Assembly (NCBI GenBank): GCA_024641245.1
Contig: JAHEDK010000004.1
Location: forward strand, 6,584 to 70,583
Origin: Actinomycetes bacterium
GTDB lineage: Bacteria; Actinomycetota; Acidimicrobiia; Spongiisociales; JAHEDJ01
Length of the DNA stretch: 64,000 nt
Direction: 5' to 3'
The notes below the pieces were generated by a model. It saw only the letters and a list, made by a program, of their open reading frames with translations, did not search any database and was not told the origin of the DNA. Positions 1-8,885 of the stretch are shown piece by piece. Positions within the stretch are counted from its first letter, which is position 1. Each line of letters starts with the position of its first letter. The position numbers and the translations under genes were made by a program.

Positions 1-157
1 TGACCAGAGTCGTTTCGAGCGTTGCCTTGAACGCCGCCCGCGCAGCAAGATCCGTGAAACGGAGCGCTTCCGTGGCATCGATCGCTTCCACCATCGACAC
101 CGGGACGCCCGCTGCTCTCAGCTCCTGGATGAACCCGGTGAGGACGTCGAGCAGCAT
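1..157 (-). CDS. VWA/CoxE-like protein, N-terminal fragment (gene continues past left edge)
   Basis: Absent from the ORF track because no stop lies in the window. The minus-strand ATG at 157 gives MLLDVLTGFIQELRAAGVPVSMVEAIDATEALRFTDLAARAAFKATLETTLV. This resembles the N-terminus of VWA partners that follow MoxR ATPases. It starts 14 nt after the MoxR stop. Confidence 0.5.
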   Translation of the reverse strand, partial: MLLDVLTGFIQELRAAGVPVSMVEAIDATEALRFTDLAARAAFKATLETTLV

Positions 158-170
158 GAGCTCAACCCAC

Positions 171-1025
171 TCAGACTTCGAGGTCTTTGGCGACTCGCTC
201 GATATCGGTCTGGTACTTGAGCAGCACGTGGAGCGTATCAATGACATCCGAAGCTTCAACCTCGGCCACACCGAGCGCGATGAGGGTTCTCGCCCAGTCG
301 ATCGACTCAGACACCGAGGGTGGCTTCTTCAGGTCGAAACTGCGCACACTGCGGACGATACGAGCCACCTGCTCGGCCAGATGCTCGGTCACACCTTCGA
401 CCCGGGCCAGCAGGATTGCTTTCTCGCGCTCAACCGTCGGGTAACCGATATGGAGGAACAAGCAACGGCGCTTGAGTGCCTCGGAGAGTTCCCGTGTGTT
501 GTTCGAAGTGAGCAACACGAGCGGCTGTGACTTCGCCCGCATCGTCCCGAGTTCTGGAATCGACACCTGGAATTCGGAAAGTACCTCGAGGAGGAGCGCC
601 TCCGTCTCAACCTCAACCCGGTCGATCTCATCGATCAACAACACCACCGGCTCATCGGTGGTGATCGCCTCGAGCAAAGGGCGGGTCAGCAGATAGTCCT
701 CGCTGAAGATGTCGTCTTCCAGCTCACTCCAGTCCGATCCCTGGTCGGCCTGAATGCGAAGAAGCTGCTTCTTGTAGTTCCATTCGTAAAGGGCCTTCGA
801 TTCATCCAACCCCTCATAACACTGCAAGCGAATCAACCTTCGCTCGTGCACAACCGCCAGAGCCTTGGCGAGTTCGGTCTTGCCGACGCCGGCCGGACCC
901 TCGATCAGCACCGGCTTACCCAGACGCTCGGCGAGGTAGACAACCTGGGCAATACGATCATCTGCCAGGTACTTCGCTTCGTCCAGTGCGACTTTGACAT
1001 CTCCCGGTGCGGCAAATGTGATCAT
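171..1025 (-). CDS. MoxR-family AAA+ ATPase
   Basis: Walker A motif GPAGVGKT and Walker B motif LLIDEIDR. The 284 aa length and overall sequence are typical of MoxR. Its ATG overlaps the proA stop (ATGA). Confidence 0.9.
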   Translation of the reverse strand: MITFAAPGDVKVALDEAKYLADDRIAQVVYLAERLGKPVLIEGPAGVGKTELAKALAVVHERRLIRLQCYEGLDESKALYEWNYKKQLLRIQADQGSDWSELEDDIFSEDYLLTRPLLEAITTDEPVVLLIDEIDRVEVETEALLLEVLSEFQVSIPELGTMRAKSQPLVLLTSNNTRELSEALKRRCLFLHIGYPTVEREKAILLARVEGVTEHLAEQVARIVRSVRSFDLKKPPSVSESIDWARTLIALGVAEVEASDVIDTLHVLLKYQTDIERVAKDLEV

Positions 1026-2263
1026 GAACGGATCTGGCCTTTCCCATGCAACACGTACTTCTCCGTGGTCAGCGCCTCGAGGCCCATGGGACCCCGAACA
1101 TGGAGTTTCTGAGTCGAGATACCTATCTCGGCTCCGAATCCGAACTCCTCGCCGTCGGTGAAACGAGTTGAAGCATTCACCATGACAACCGCGCTGTCGG
1201 TCTCACGCACGAATCGATCGGCAGCCATCAGATCGCCCGTCACAATCGCCTCCGTGTGACCGGTCGAGTAGGCACGTATGTGATCGAGCGCGGCGTCGAG
1301 CGACGGCACCACTTTGATCGCCATGATGAGATCAAGGTACTCGGTCGGCCAATCGTCCTCAGTTGCGAGTGCGATGCCCGGGAGGACGGCCCGGGTTTCC
1401 GCATCCCCGCGCAGTTCAACGCCGAAACTCACCAAGCGTTCGGCAATGACGGGCAGGAACTCGGCGGCAACGTCCCCATGCACCAGCAACTTCTCGGCTG
1501 CATTGCACACACCGGGCCGATGTGTCTTCGCGTTGAACGCGATATCGGCCGCCATCTCCAGATCAGCCGAGGCGTCGACATAGACGTGGCAATTGCCCGC
1601 CCCATCGATCACGAATGGCACGGTCGCCAGTTCTTCTATGGCGGCGATCAGACCGGGACCGCCTCTCGGCACGAGAAGATCGATCCAATCCTTCGCCTGC
1701 ATGAGCGCGGTGGCGCCCTCCCGGCTCGTGTCCTGCATGAGCTGGACCGCGTCGGCAGGCAGGCCAAGTGCCTCGAGGGCGTCCCGCAAAGCGTCGGCGA
1801 TCGCATTGTTCGATCGGAGTGTGTACGAAGAACCGCGCAAGATTGCAGCATTGCCGGATTTGAAACAGAGGCCCGCCGCATCCGCTGTCACATTCGGCCG
1901 GGCCTCGTAGATGACCGCCACCACTCCCAGCGGAACGCGTATCCGCTGCAGATGAATGCCGTTCGTCAGCACCCAGCCACCCGTCAGCGATCCAATCGGG
2001 TCGGGTAATCCCGCCACCTTGCGCAAGCCATTTGCGATCACACCGACACGGTCGGCACTGAGGGCCAGCCGGTCGAGAAGAGACCCACTGATGCCCTCAT
2101 CACGGGCATCCTGCATATCGCCGGCGTTCGCCGCCAGGATCGGCTCGACCCGCGCGTCGAGTTCACCTGCCATGGCGAAGAGCGCCTCGTTCTTTGTGGC
2201 AGGGTCGAGAGAGGCAAGGACTCGTGCAGAATCCCTGGCCTTCGAGCCCATCTGATCGATCAT
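1022..2263 (-). CDS. proA: gamma-glutamyl phosphate reductase
   Basis: Contains VPLGVVAVIYEARPNVTADAAGLCFKSGNAAILRGSS and ends ...STQKLHVRGPMGLEALTTEKY. Start chosen at MIDQMGSKARDSA, which aligns with E. coli MLEQMGIAAKQAS. The upstream 41 codons of the ORF are probably not translated. Confidence 0.9.
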   Translation of the reverse strand: MIDQMGSKARDSARVLASLDPATKNEALFAMAGELDARVEPILAANAGDMQDARDEGISGSLLDRLALSADRVGVIANGLRKVAGLPDPIGSLTGGWVLTNGIHLQRIRVPLGVVAVIYEARPNVTADAAGLCFKSGNAAILRGSSYTLRSNNAIADALRDALEALGLPADAVQLMQDTSREGATALMQAKDWIDLLVPRGGPGLIAAIEELATVPFVIDGAGNCHVYVDASADLEMAADIAFNAKTHRPGVCNAAEKLLVHGDVAAEFLPVIAERLVSFGVELRGDAETRAVLPGIALATEDDWPTEYLDLIMAIKVVPSLDAALDHIRAYSTGHTEAIVTGDLMAADRFVRETDSAVVMVNASTRFTDGEEFGFGAEIGISTQKLHVRGPMGLEALTTEKYVLHGKGQIRS

Positions 2264-2346
2264 TCCGGCGGAGTGTAGTTGAGCCGGTCCGAGGATCTGA
2301 CCGGTACTACCCTGTCGAGCTACCTCAGGGGAGGTGCGGTCGGCGA

Positions 2347-3675
2347 ATGAGAATTGTGATTGTCGGAGCGGGAGCCGTCGGTTCATACCTGGCCGCGCGC
2401 CTGTCGAGTGAGGGCCAGGATGTGGTCGTCATCGAAAGCGACGAGCACCACGCCGCAGAGCTTCAGGACAGGGTTGATGCCCTTGTCATCGTCGGCAACG
2501 GCGCCAGCCCTAGCTCCCTCGAGGAAGCAGGGATACGGAAGGCCGATCTCCTCATCGCGGTTTCAAACTCCGATGGCGCCAATGCGCTCGCATGTCACAC
2601 CGCCAGAACCATGGGAGTGAAACGGACCGTTGCCCGCATCGAAGACCAGGAACTGCGCTCGGGTTTGGTTGGACTCGGCGTTGACGTGGTCATCGATCCC
2701 GGAGAGATGGCGGCGCGAGAAATTGTCGGCCTTCTTGGTCACAGCGGTGTCTCAGATCTCGTTGAGTTCGCCCGCGGCGAACTGGTCCTGGTTGGGAGCA
2801 TCGCACGCAAGAACAGCCCGATGGTCAAATCACCACTCAGCGAACTTCGCGCAGCAACCAACTGGGAATGGGTCATCGTTGCCGTGGTCCGCCACGGCGA
2901 AACCATCGTGGCGCGCGGTAACACCGTGATCGAGGAGCACGACCACGTGCTGTTGATGACCACTCGTGGAAACCTCGATCGAGCAACCGAATTCATGGGT
3001 GTCCAGCAGGAACCCATACGCAGAGCGATCATCGTCGGAGCCACCAGACTTGCCGAACTCACCGCCGATCGCCTCCTTCAAAAGGGGGTCGACGTCGTAA
3101 TGGTCGACGAGGATGGTGATCGCTGCAGATCACTCGCCGAACGGCACGATCGGGTACTCGTCCTGTGCGCCGATGCAACCAACCCGTCCGTCCTGGAACA
3201 GCTGGGGGTCAGCAGCAAAGACGCCATAGTGGGCCTCACGGGATGGGATCAGATCAACGCCCTCTCCTGCATGGTCGGCAAAGCACTCGGTGCATCCACG
3301 ACGGTTGCCCGATTCAACAGGATCGCCTACGTCGGTCTGCTCGGAGGCAGCGGCATCGACGCGGCGGTTTCCGCCCGGTTGGCAGCCGCCAACGCCATCC
3401 TCAGATTCGTTCGGCGAGGACGCATTCACTCGGTGGCGACGTTCAAGGACACCGACGCCGAGGCCATCGAGATCGAAGTAGCAGCGGGAAGTCGGGCGGT
3501 TGGCAAACTGCTCCGCGAACTCGACCTCACCTCAGGTGCCGTCATCGGAGGCATTCATCGCGAGGGCGACGTGGTCGTTCCGCACGGCGCAACGGAGATC
3601 CATGCCCGTGACCGCCTCATTCTGTTTGCCCTTCCGACGGCTATTCACGACGTCGAGAAGCTATTCACGGGCTGA
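2347..3675 (+). CDS. trkA: Trk K+ uptake NAD-binding subunit, tandem two-domain form
   Basis: Two Rossmann starts are present: MRIVIVGAGAVGSYLA and IIVGATRLAELTA. Start set at the ATG at 2347. The stop overlaps the trkH ATG by 1 nt. Confidence 0.9.
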   Translation: MRIVIVGAGAVGSYLAARLSSEGQDVVVIESDEHHAAELQDRVDALVIVGNGASPSSLEEAGIRKADLLIAVSNSDGANALACHTARTMGVKRTVARIEDQELRSGLVGLGVDVVIDPGEMAAREIVGLLGHSGVSDLVEFARGELVLVGSIARKNSPMVKSPLSELRAATNWEWVIVAVVRHGETIVARGNTVIEEHDHVLLMTTRGNLDRATEFMGVQQEPIRRAIIVGATRLAELTADRLLQKGVDVVMVDEDGDRCRSLAERHDRVLVLCADATNPSVLEQLGVSSKDAIVGLTGWDQINALSCMVGKALGASTTVARFNRIAYVGLLGGSGIDAAVSARLAAANAILRFVRRGRIHSVATFKDTDAEAIEIEVAAGSRAVGKLLRELDLTSGAVIGGIHREGDVVVPHGATEIHARDRLILFALPTAIHDVEKLFTG

Positions 3676-5165
3676 TGTCATCCTCCGGTTCGACCAGCGC
3701 CTCCCAGCAGGTTCCCATGGCCCGTCAGCTCTCGTTGATCATCGGTGCGGTCGTGGCGGCCAGTGGCGCGGCGATGGTACCGGCCGCCCTGGTCTCGTTG
3801 GGCTATCAGGAGTGGGCGGAGGCGGGCCAGATACTTCTGGCGGCGGCAGTCACGGTGACCGTCGGCCTCATCGGCTGGCGCTTCATCGGCCGACACGGCG
3901 TGCTCACAACCAAGGAGGGGTTTGCGGCCGTCGGGCTGGCCTGGTTCGTCATGGCGTTCTTCGGGACCCTCCCCTATCTCTTCACCGGATCGATCCCCAA
4001 CCTCACCGATGCGTTCTTTGAGACGGCAGCGGGTTTCACCACGACGGGCGCTTCGATCATCCCGGACCCGGGAACTCTCTCACACGGCATCCTGATCTGG
4101 CGAGCCGGTACCCAGTGGTTGGGCGGGATGGGGGTGATCGTCTTGTCGATTGCCGTCCTACCCTTGCTCGGCGTCGGCGGTGTTCAGTTGGCAAAGGCAG
4201 AATCGCCGGGACCGCAACCCGACCGATTGACACCGCGCTTTCGCGAAACGGCCAAGCGACTGTGGTGGATCTACGTCGCCTTCACGGTCCTCGAGGTGCT
4301 CCTGCTCTGGGCCGGAGACATGGATCTCTTTCAGGCGGTTGCCCATTCATTTACGACCATGTCGACGGGTGGATTCGGCACTGAATCGACGTCCATCGCC
4401 GGCTTCAGTGCCTACACCCAATGGGTCATCACCGCGTTCATGTTCATCGCAGGGGCATCCTTTGCCCTGCACTTTCGAGCCCTCCGGAAGCCCGGCGAGT
4501 ACCTTCGCAACACCGAGTTCCGCCTCTACACCTTCCTCCTCGTTGGAGCGATCGCGGTTGTCGCCTTTGGCATCTGGACGAGCGACATGTGGCACGGATC
4601 GCTCCGGGATTCTGCCTTCACTGCCACCTCGATCATGACGACGACCGGATTCGCCACCGCCGACTTCGGAGCGTGGGCGCCGGGTCTCCAGATACTCATC
4701 GTCGGGTTGATGTTCCTTGGAGGCAGTTCGGGATCCACCGCAGGCGGCGTCAAGACGTTTCGCGTGGCCGTGCTGACCCGCTCGGCGGCCGCCGACCTGC
4801 GCCGGTTGGTCCACCCCCGGGCCGTCATCGTTACTCGGTTCGGAGGGAAGGCAGTACCCGACCCCATCGTTGGATCGGTTCAGTCATTCTTCTTGTTCTA
4901 CATGTTCCTGTTCATGACGGGGACGGTGCTCCTCGGCTTGATCGAGTCGAGGCTGGGCACCGGCCTCGATCTGGTTACATCTACGTCAGCGGTTGCTTCG
5001 TCACTCGGCAATATCGGCCCTGGCCTCGGAATCGTCGGGCCGACATCGAACTTCCTGGCAGTCCCCTGGCTCGGCAAATGGCTGCTGGCATTTCTCATGA
5101 TTGCCGGCCGACTCGAGATCTTCCCGGTGCTCCTGCTATTCACAAGAGACCTTTGGCGAAGGTAG
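3675..5165 (+). CDS. trkH: Trk-type K+ transporter membrane subunit
   Basis: 496 aa polytopic protein with TrkH-like motifs (ETAAGFTTTGAS, MSTGGFGT, TTTGFATAD, GGSSGSTAGGVK). Confidence 0.9.
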   Translation: MSSSGSTSASQQVPMARQLSLIIGAVVAASGAAMVPAALVSLGYQEWAEAGQILLAAAVTVTVGLIGWRFIGRHGVLTTKEGFAAVGLAWFVMAFFGTLPYLFTGSIPNLTDAFFETAAGFTTTGASIIPDPGTLSHGILIWRAGTQWLGGMGVIVLSIAVLPLLGVGGVQLAKAESPGPQPDRLTPRFRETAKRLWWIYVAFTVLEVLLLWAGDMDLFQAVAHSFTTMSTGGFGTESTSIAGFSAYTQWVITAFMFIAGASFALHFRALRKPGEYLRNTEFRLYTFLLVGAIAVVAFGIWTSDMWHGSLRDSAFTATSIMTTTGFATADFGAWAPGLQILIVGLMFLGGSSGSTAGGVKTFRVAVLTRSAAADLRRLVHPRAVIVTRFGGKAVPDPIVGSVQSFFLFYMFLFMTGTVLLGLIESRLGTGLDLVTSTSAVASSLGNIGPGLGIVGPTSNFLAVPWLGKWLLAFLMIAGRLEIFPVLLLFTRDLWRR

Positions 5166-5252
5166 TAAGCCCAGAGCCTCAGCCACAATCTCGCGACTCG
5201 CGACTCGCGGCTCTTTCGTCGTATTATCACCATCCATGAGGAAACGGACATC

Positions 5253-5909
5253 GTGCGAATCGTGATTGCCGGCTGTGGTCGGGTTGGGGCGAACGTCGCC
5301 AAGATGCTGGTCGACGCCGGGCACGACGTCACCGTTGTCGACCGTCGCGAGGAGGCGCTCGACACGCTGGGTCGCACCTTCAACGGCACAAGAGTCGTTG
5401 GCGAAGCGTACGACGTCGACACGTTGCGAGAAGCAGGTATCGAGCTGGCCGATGTCTTTCTGGCCGTCACCGATTCCGACAATGCCAACCTCATGGCCAG
5501 CGAAGTTGCCAAGGTGGTCTTCGGCGTTCCTCGCTCGATCGCCAGGTTGTACGATCCGGCCCGTGAGGAGACCTATCACGCCCTCGACATCCATCATGTG
5601 ACCGGAACCAAGCTCGTCGCCAATGTCCTCTACGAGCAGATCATGGACGAGGAATTCGCATTCCATGTCACGTTTCCCAAGGGAGACATCGAGGTCGTGG
5701 AGTTCCATCTCTCCGCAGCTGCCGAAGGGATGCGAGTCGACGAACTCGAAGTCGATCACGAACTCCGCATCGCCGCGATTCAGCGCGGTGAGGTGACGGT
5801 GATCCCCAAAGACGATCTCAAGCTGCGCGGCGGTGATCTGGTGGTGGCGGCCGCTCGCGAGGGCGTTCGTAGTCGAATCCACAAATACGTCGTAGATCAG
5901 GATCGTTAG
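5253..5909 (+). CDS. TrkA/KtrA-type K+ uptake regulatory subunit (single N+C domain)
   Basis: GTG start followed by RIVIAGCGRVGANVA (Rossmann). A C-terminal TrkA-C-like region is present. GAGGAA lies 9 nt upstream. Confidence 0.85.
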   Translation: MRIVIAGCGRVGANVAKMLVDAGHDVTVVDRREEALDTLGRTFNGTRVVGEAYDVDTLREAGIELADVFLAVTDSDNANLMASEVAKVVFGVPRSIARLYDPAREETYHALDIHHVTGTKLVANVLYEQIMDEEFAFHVTFPKGDIEVVEFHLSAAAEGMRVDELEVDHELRIAAIQRGEVTVIPKDDLKLRGGDLVVAAAREGVRSRIHKYVVDQDR

Positions 5910-5911
5910 CC

Positions 5912-6676
5912 GTGAGAATCGTGATCATCGGTGGGGGCAAGGTGGGCGGTTTCCTAGCCAGACAGCTCCGAGAGGCGGGCCACACGATCACGGTGATCGA
6001 GAAGGACGAGTCAAATGCGGAAGAGCTTGCGGCGGAGGCGGATGTCCTCTGTCTGCTGGGAGACGGCACTGATGTGGCGCTGCTCAGAAGGGCAGACACG
6101 CAGCGAGCGGACTACCTACTGGCCTTGACCGGGAAGGATGAGGACAACCTCGTCGCCTGTCAGCTGGCACGCGCTGCCTTCGGTACTCCTCGTGTACTGG
6201 CTCGTCTCAACGATCCCAGGAACCGTCGCACGTTCGATGCGCTGAAAGTCCCCGTAGTCGGGTTCACCGACGTGGTGGCCAATGTGATCAGCAAGGAGCT
6301 CGACGTCGGTGAGCTGGCACGAGTGGCTCTGCTGGATCGAGGAGATGTCAGCCTCCTGGAGGTCGTCATCCCGGACGAGTCGCCGCCTCGGGAGGTCGCT
6401 TCCCTGACGCTCCCACCGTCCAGCATCCTGGTGGCCGTGCGCCGCGAGGGGACTGTATTGGTGCCCGGCCCGGAAACGATGATTCAACCAGGTGATCGGA
6501 TACTCGCCGTCACCCGCACAGAAACCGAAGAACGGGTAAGGGATGCACTGCTGGAAGTCTCCGCGACATCGAACGGCAAGGAAAACGGCAACACCGCCCT
6601 TCTCGAGGGCGAAGGAATCGAGATCGTGACCGCACTGGAGAGCGACGCCCACATCCCGGGTGACGAGGATGGCTAG
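5912..6676 (+). CDS. TrkA/KtrA-type K+ uptake regulatory subunit (second copy)
   Basis: GTG start followed by RIVIIGGGKVGGFLARQL. Starts 2 nt after the preceding gene. Has a TrkA-C-like C-terminus. Confidence 0.85.
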   Translation: MRIVIIGGGKVGGFLARQLREAGHTITVIEKDESNAEELAAEADVLCLLGDGTDVALLRRADTQRADYLLALTGKDEDNLVACQLARAAFGTPRVLARLNDPRNRRTFDALKVPVVGFTDVVANVISKELDVGELARVALLDRGDVSLLEVVIPDESPPREVASLTLPPSSILVAVRREGTVLVPGPETMIQPGDRILAVTRTETEERVRDALLEVSATSNGKENGNTALLEGEGIEIVTALESDAHIPGDEDG

Positions 6677-6803
6677 GAGACGTCAGAGGGTAATCCAATA
6701 TGCAATCGGTGGATTGGCCGGGGTGCTGGTCGAGGTCATGGTACTTGTGGCTCTGGCTGCAGCTGCCGTTTTCGCCGCTTGGATCGTGACATGGATCCTG
6801 TGA
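6669..6803 (+). CDS. candidate 44-aa single-pass membrane sORF inside the trk operon
   Basis: My own translation gives MARRRQRVIQYAIGGLAGVLVEVMVLVALAAAAVFAAWIVTWIL. The ATG overlaps the trkA-like stop, and the TGA lies 1 nt before the trkH GTG at 6805. It is below the ORF-track size cut-off. There is no good SD, and GC3 is only about 59%. Confidence 0.35.
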   Translation: MARRRQRVIQYAIGGLAGVLVEVMVLVALAAAAVFAAWIVTWIL

Positions 6804-6804
6804 C

Positions 6805-8298
6805 GTGCTGATCCGCCCGCAAGCCTCCGACCTCAAACTCATCAGCTTCCAGCTTGGACGGGTTCTCTACGTGGTTGGAATCGCCGGCGTGATCCCGCTG
6901 ATATGGGCGCTGGCAGATCGGGACTGGCATTCGGCGTCCTCCTTCATCTTCATGATCGGATTGGCTCTTGCGATCGCCGCCTCGGTTGAACGCTTTCGAC
7001 CGCGGGACGAGCATGCGGGTTGGCATCACGGCATGGTCACCGTCGCGCTGGTCTGGCTGGCCGTGCCCGCCCTCGGCGCAATTCCCCTGGCACTCAGCCG
7101 CCACTACGGCCGGGTCCTCGACGCCTATTTCGACGCAATGAGCGGCGTCACCACCACCGGACTTGCCTTGATCCAGGATCTCGACCACCTGGCACCGTCG
7201 ATCAACGTATGGCGGAGTGCCCTGCAATTCCTCGGCGGTCAAGGAATCGTTCTCGCCGCGCTGATGTTCTTCGGAGGCGGCGGTGTGCTGGCCCTCTATC
7301 ACGGCGAAGCGAGGGACGAACGGATCTTCCCTTCGGTTGGCTCGACTGCCCGATTCATCTGGTCGGTCAGTCTGTTCCACGCTGCCTTCGGAATCACGGC
7401 ACTGTGGGTGGTTGGATCCTTCGTACTCGGCTTCGATCCTTTCCGATCGCTGTTTCATGCGATCACCATCTTCATGTCCGCGTTCGATACCGGGGGTTTC
7501 GCCCCAATGAGCACGAGCATCGGGTACTACCACTCGATCACCTACGAGGCCGTGATCGGCGTACTCATGGTGGCGGGAGCCCTGTCGTTCGGTGCCCACT
7601 ACGCACTATGGAGGGGACCACGCAATCTCCTGCGCAATCTCGAAGCTCGGGCCATCCTGATCACCTTTGCAGGAACACTGCTCATCGCCTTCGTTGGTCT
7701 CGCCGCCACCGGCCTTTACACAGACTCGTTCTCCTTGGCACGCCAGGGGTTGTTTCAGATTCTGTCTGCGCATACAGGGACCGGCTTTGCAACCGTACAA
7801 CCCACCGATCTGGTCCTCTGGAGCGGATTGGCCTTTGGAGGCATCACCCTCGCCATGTCGTTCGGCGGAATGGGCTCATCGACCGCGGGAGGCGTCAAAG
7901 CGCTGCGCATCGGGCTGACGGTGCGGTCTCTTTGGAACCTCATAAAAGAGGCGTTGTTGCCGGAAGGGACTGTCATATCAGAGCGCTACTGGCAGAGCAC
8001 GGCCAAGGTGATGCGGCCGGAATTGGCACAGTCGGTTATGACGATCTCACTCCTCTACGTGGGCCTGTACATGCTGGGAGCGGCCGTCGGAATCGCCTAC
8101 GGTGTCCCGCTCCAGCAGGCGATGTTCGAATCGGTCAGTGCCGCCGCCAACGTCGGGCTCTCCGTGGGGGTAGTTGATCCCGGTATGCCGGTGCTGCTCG
8201 AAGTCGTGTACCTCCTGCAAATGTGGATCGGTCGTCTGGAGTTCGTGGCAGTGTTTGCCCTGATCGGCTTCGCAGTGACCTGGGTAATCGGCGAATGA
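6805..8298 (+). CDS. trkH: Trk-type K+ transporter membrane subunit (second copy)
   Basis: 497 aa with TrkH motifs (MSGVTTTGLA, FDTGGFAP, AHTGTGFAT, GMGSSTAGGVKA). Confidence 0.85.
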   Translation: MLIRPQASDLKLISFQLGRVLYVVGIAGVIPLIWALADRDWHSASSFIFMIGLALAIAASVERFRPRDEHAGWHHGMVTVALVWLAVPALGAIPLALSRHYGRVLDAYFDAMSGVTTTGLALIQDLDHLAPSINVWRSALQFLGGQGIVLAALMFFGGGGVLALYHGEARDERIFPSVGSTARFIWSVSLFHAAFGITALWVVGSFVLGFDPFRSLFHAITIFMSAFDTGGFAPMSTSIGYYHSITYEAVIGVLMVAGALSFGAHYALWRGPRNLLRNLEARAILITFAGTLLIAFVGLAATGLYTDSFSLARQGLFQILSAHTGTGFATVQPTDLVLWSGLAFGGITLAMSFGGMGSSTAGGVKALRIGLTVRSLWNLIKEALLPEGTVISERYWQSTAKVMRPELAQSVMTISLLYVGLYMLGAAVGIAYGVPLQQAMFESVSAAANVGLSVGVVDPGMPVLLEVVYLLQMWIGRLEFVAVFALIGFAVTWVIGE

Positions 8299-8849
8299 GG
8301 AAGGTAATCACCGTCTTCATGACCATGGCTCTGGCCGCCGGCCCGGCGTTCCCGGCCGGAGCGACGGAGATCGCCGAGATTCTGTCGAACCCCGACGAAT
8401 GGGCCGGCCGCGACATAGAAGTCACCGGGGAACTAATCGGCGACTTCGGCCGGCATTCGGGGGCGTTCTGGCTCCAGATGAACGATGGCCCCTACGCCAA
8501 TAATCCGCTACTCGAAACCGGACTCCTATTAGGAAGCAACGTTGGCATAACCCTGCGAGTGCCGCCCGAACTATTCGAACAGATCGCCGCCGTCGAGCAA
8601 CCAGGCGGATACCGGTGGCGCGGTCCGCTCGTCCACGCGATCGGCGAGTTCCGCTATCACGACCCCGACCGAACCGGAGAGACTTACATCGCAGTGACGG
8701 GCCTCGAACTGGTCGAGCCGGGCTATCACCTGCCCTCGGAGGCGACCGGACCGTGGGGAGCTATCGGGGTGATACTGGCAGCCGTGGCCGGCTGGGTGCT
8801 TCTTCAGCATGCGCGCCAACGCAGGCGCGAAAGACGGCTCGAGGACTGA
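8295..8849 (+). CDS. hypothetical exported protein with C-terminal membrane anchor
   Basis: The ATG at 8295 overlaps the trkH stop (ATGA). Signal-like N-terminus MRKVITVFMTMALAAGPAFPAGA. C-terminal TM segment WGAIGVILAAVAGWVLL followed by a basic tail. Confidence 0.55.
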   Translation: MRKVITVFMTMALAAGPAFPAGATEIAEILSNPDEWAGRDIEVTGELIGDFGRHSGAFWLQMNDGPYANNPLLETGLLLGSNVGITLRVPPELFEQIAAVEQPGGYRWRGPLVHAIGEFRYHDPDRTGETYIAVTGLELVEPGYHLPSEATGPWGAIGVILAAVAGWVLLQHARQRRRERRLED

Positions 8850-8885
8850 AACAGAACCCGGCATTGTGAGTTCTGGGTTGCAGGT

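Noticed and set aside
2264-2346. A c-di-AMP (ydaO-type) riboswitch upstream of the trk operons, also considered at 5166-5252.
   Set aside because: The leaders are only 83 and 87 nt and lack the pseudo-two-fold ACGGGG/CCCGA-type conserved cores. Only a trivial CGCGACT x3 direct repeat was seen at 5191-5215.
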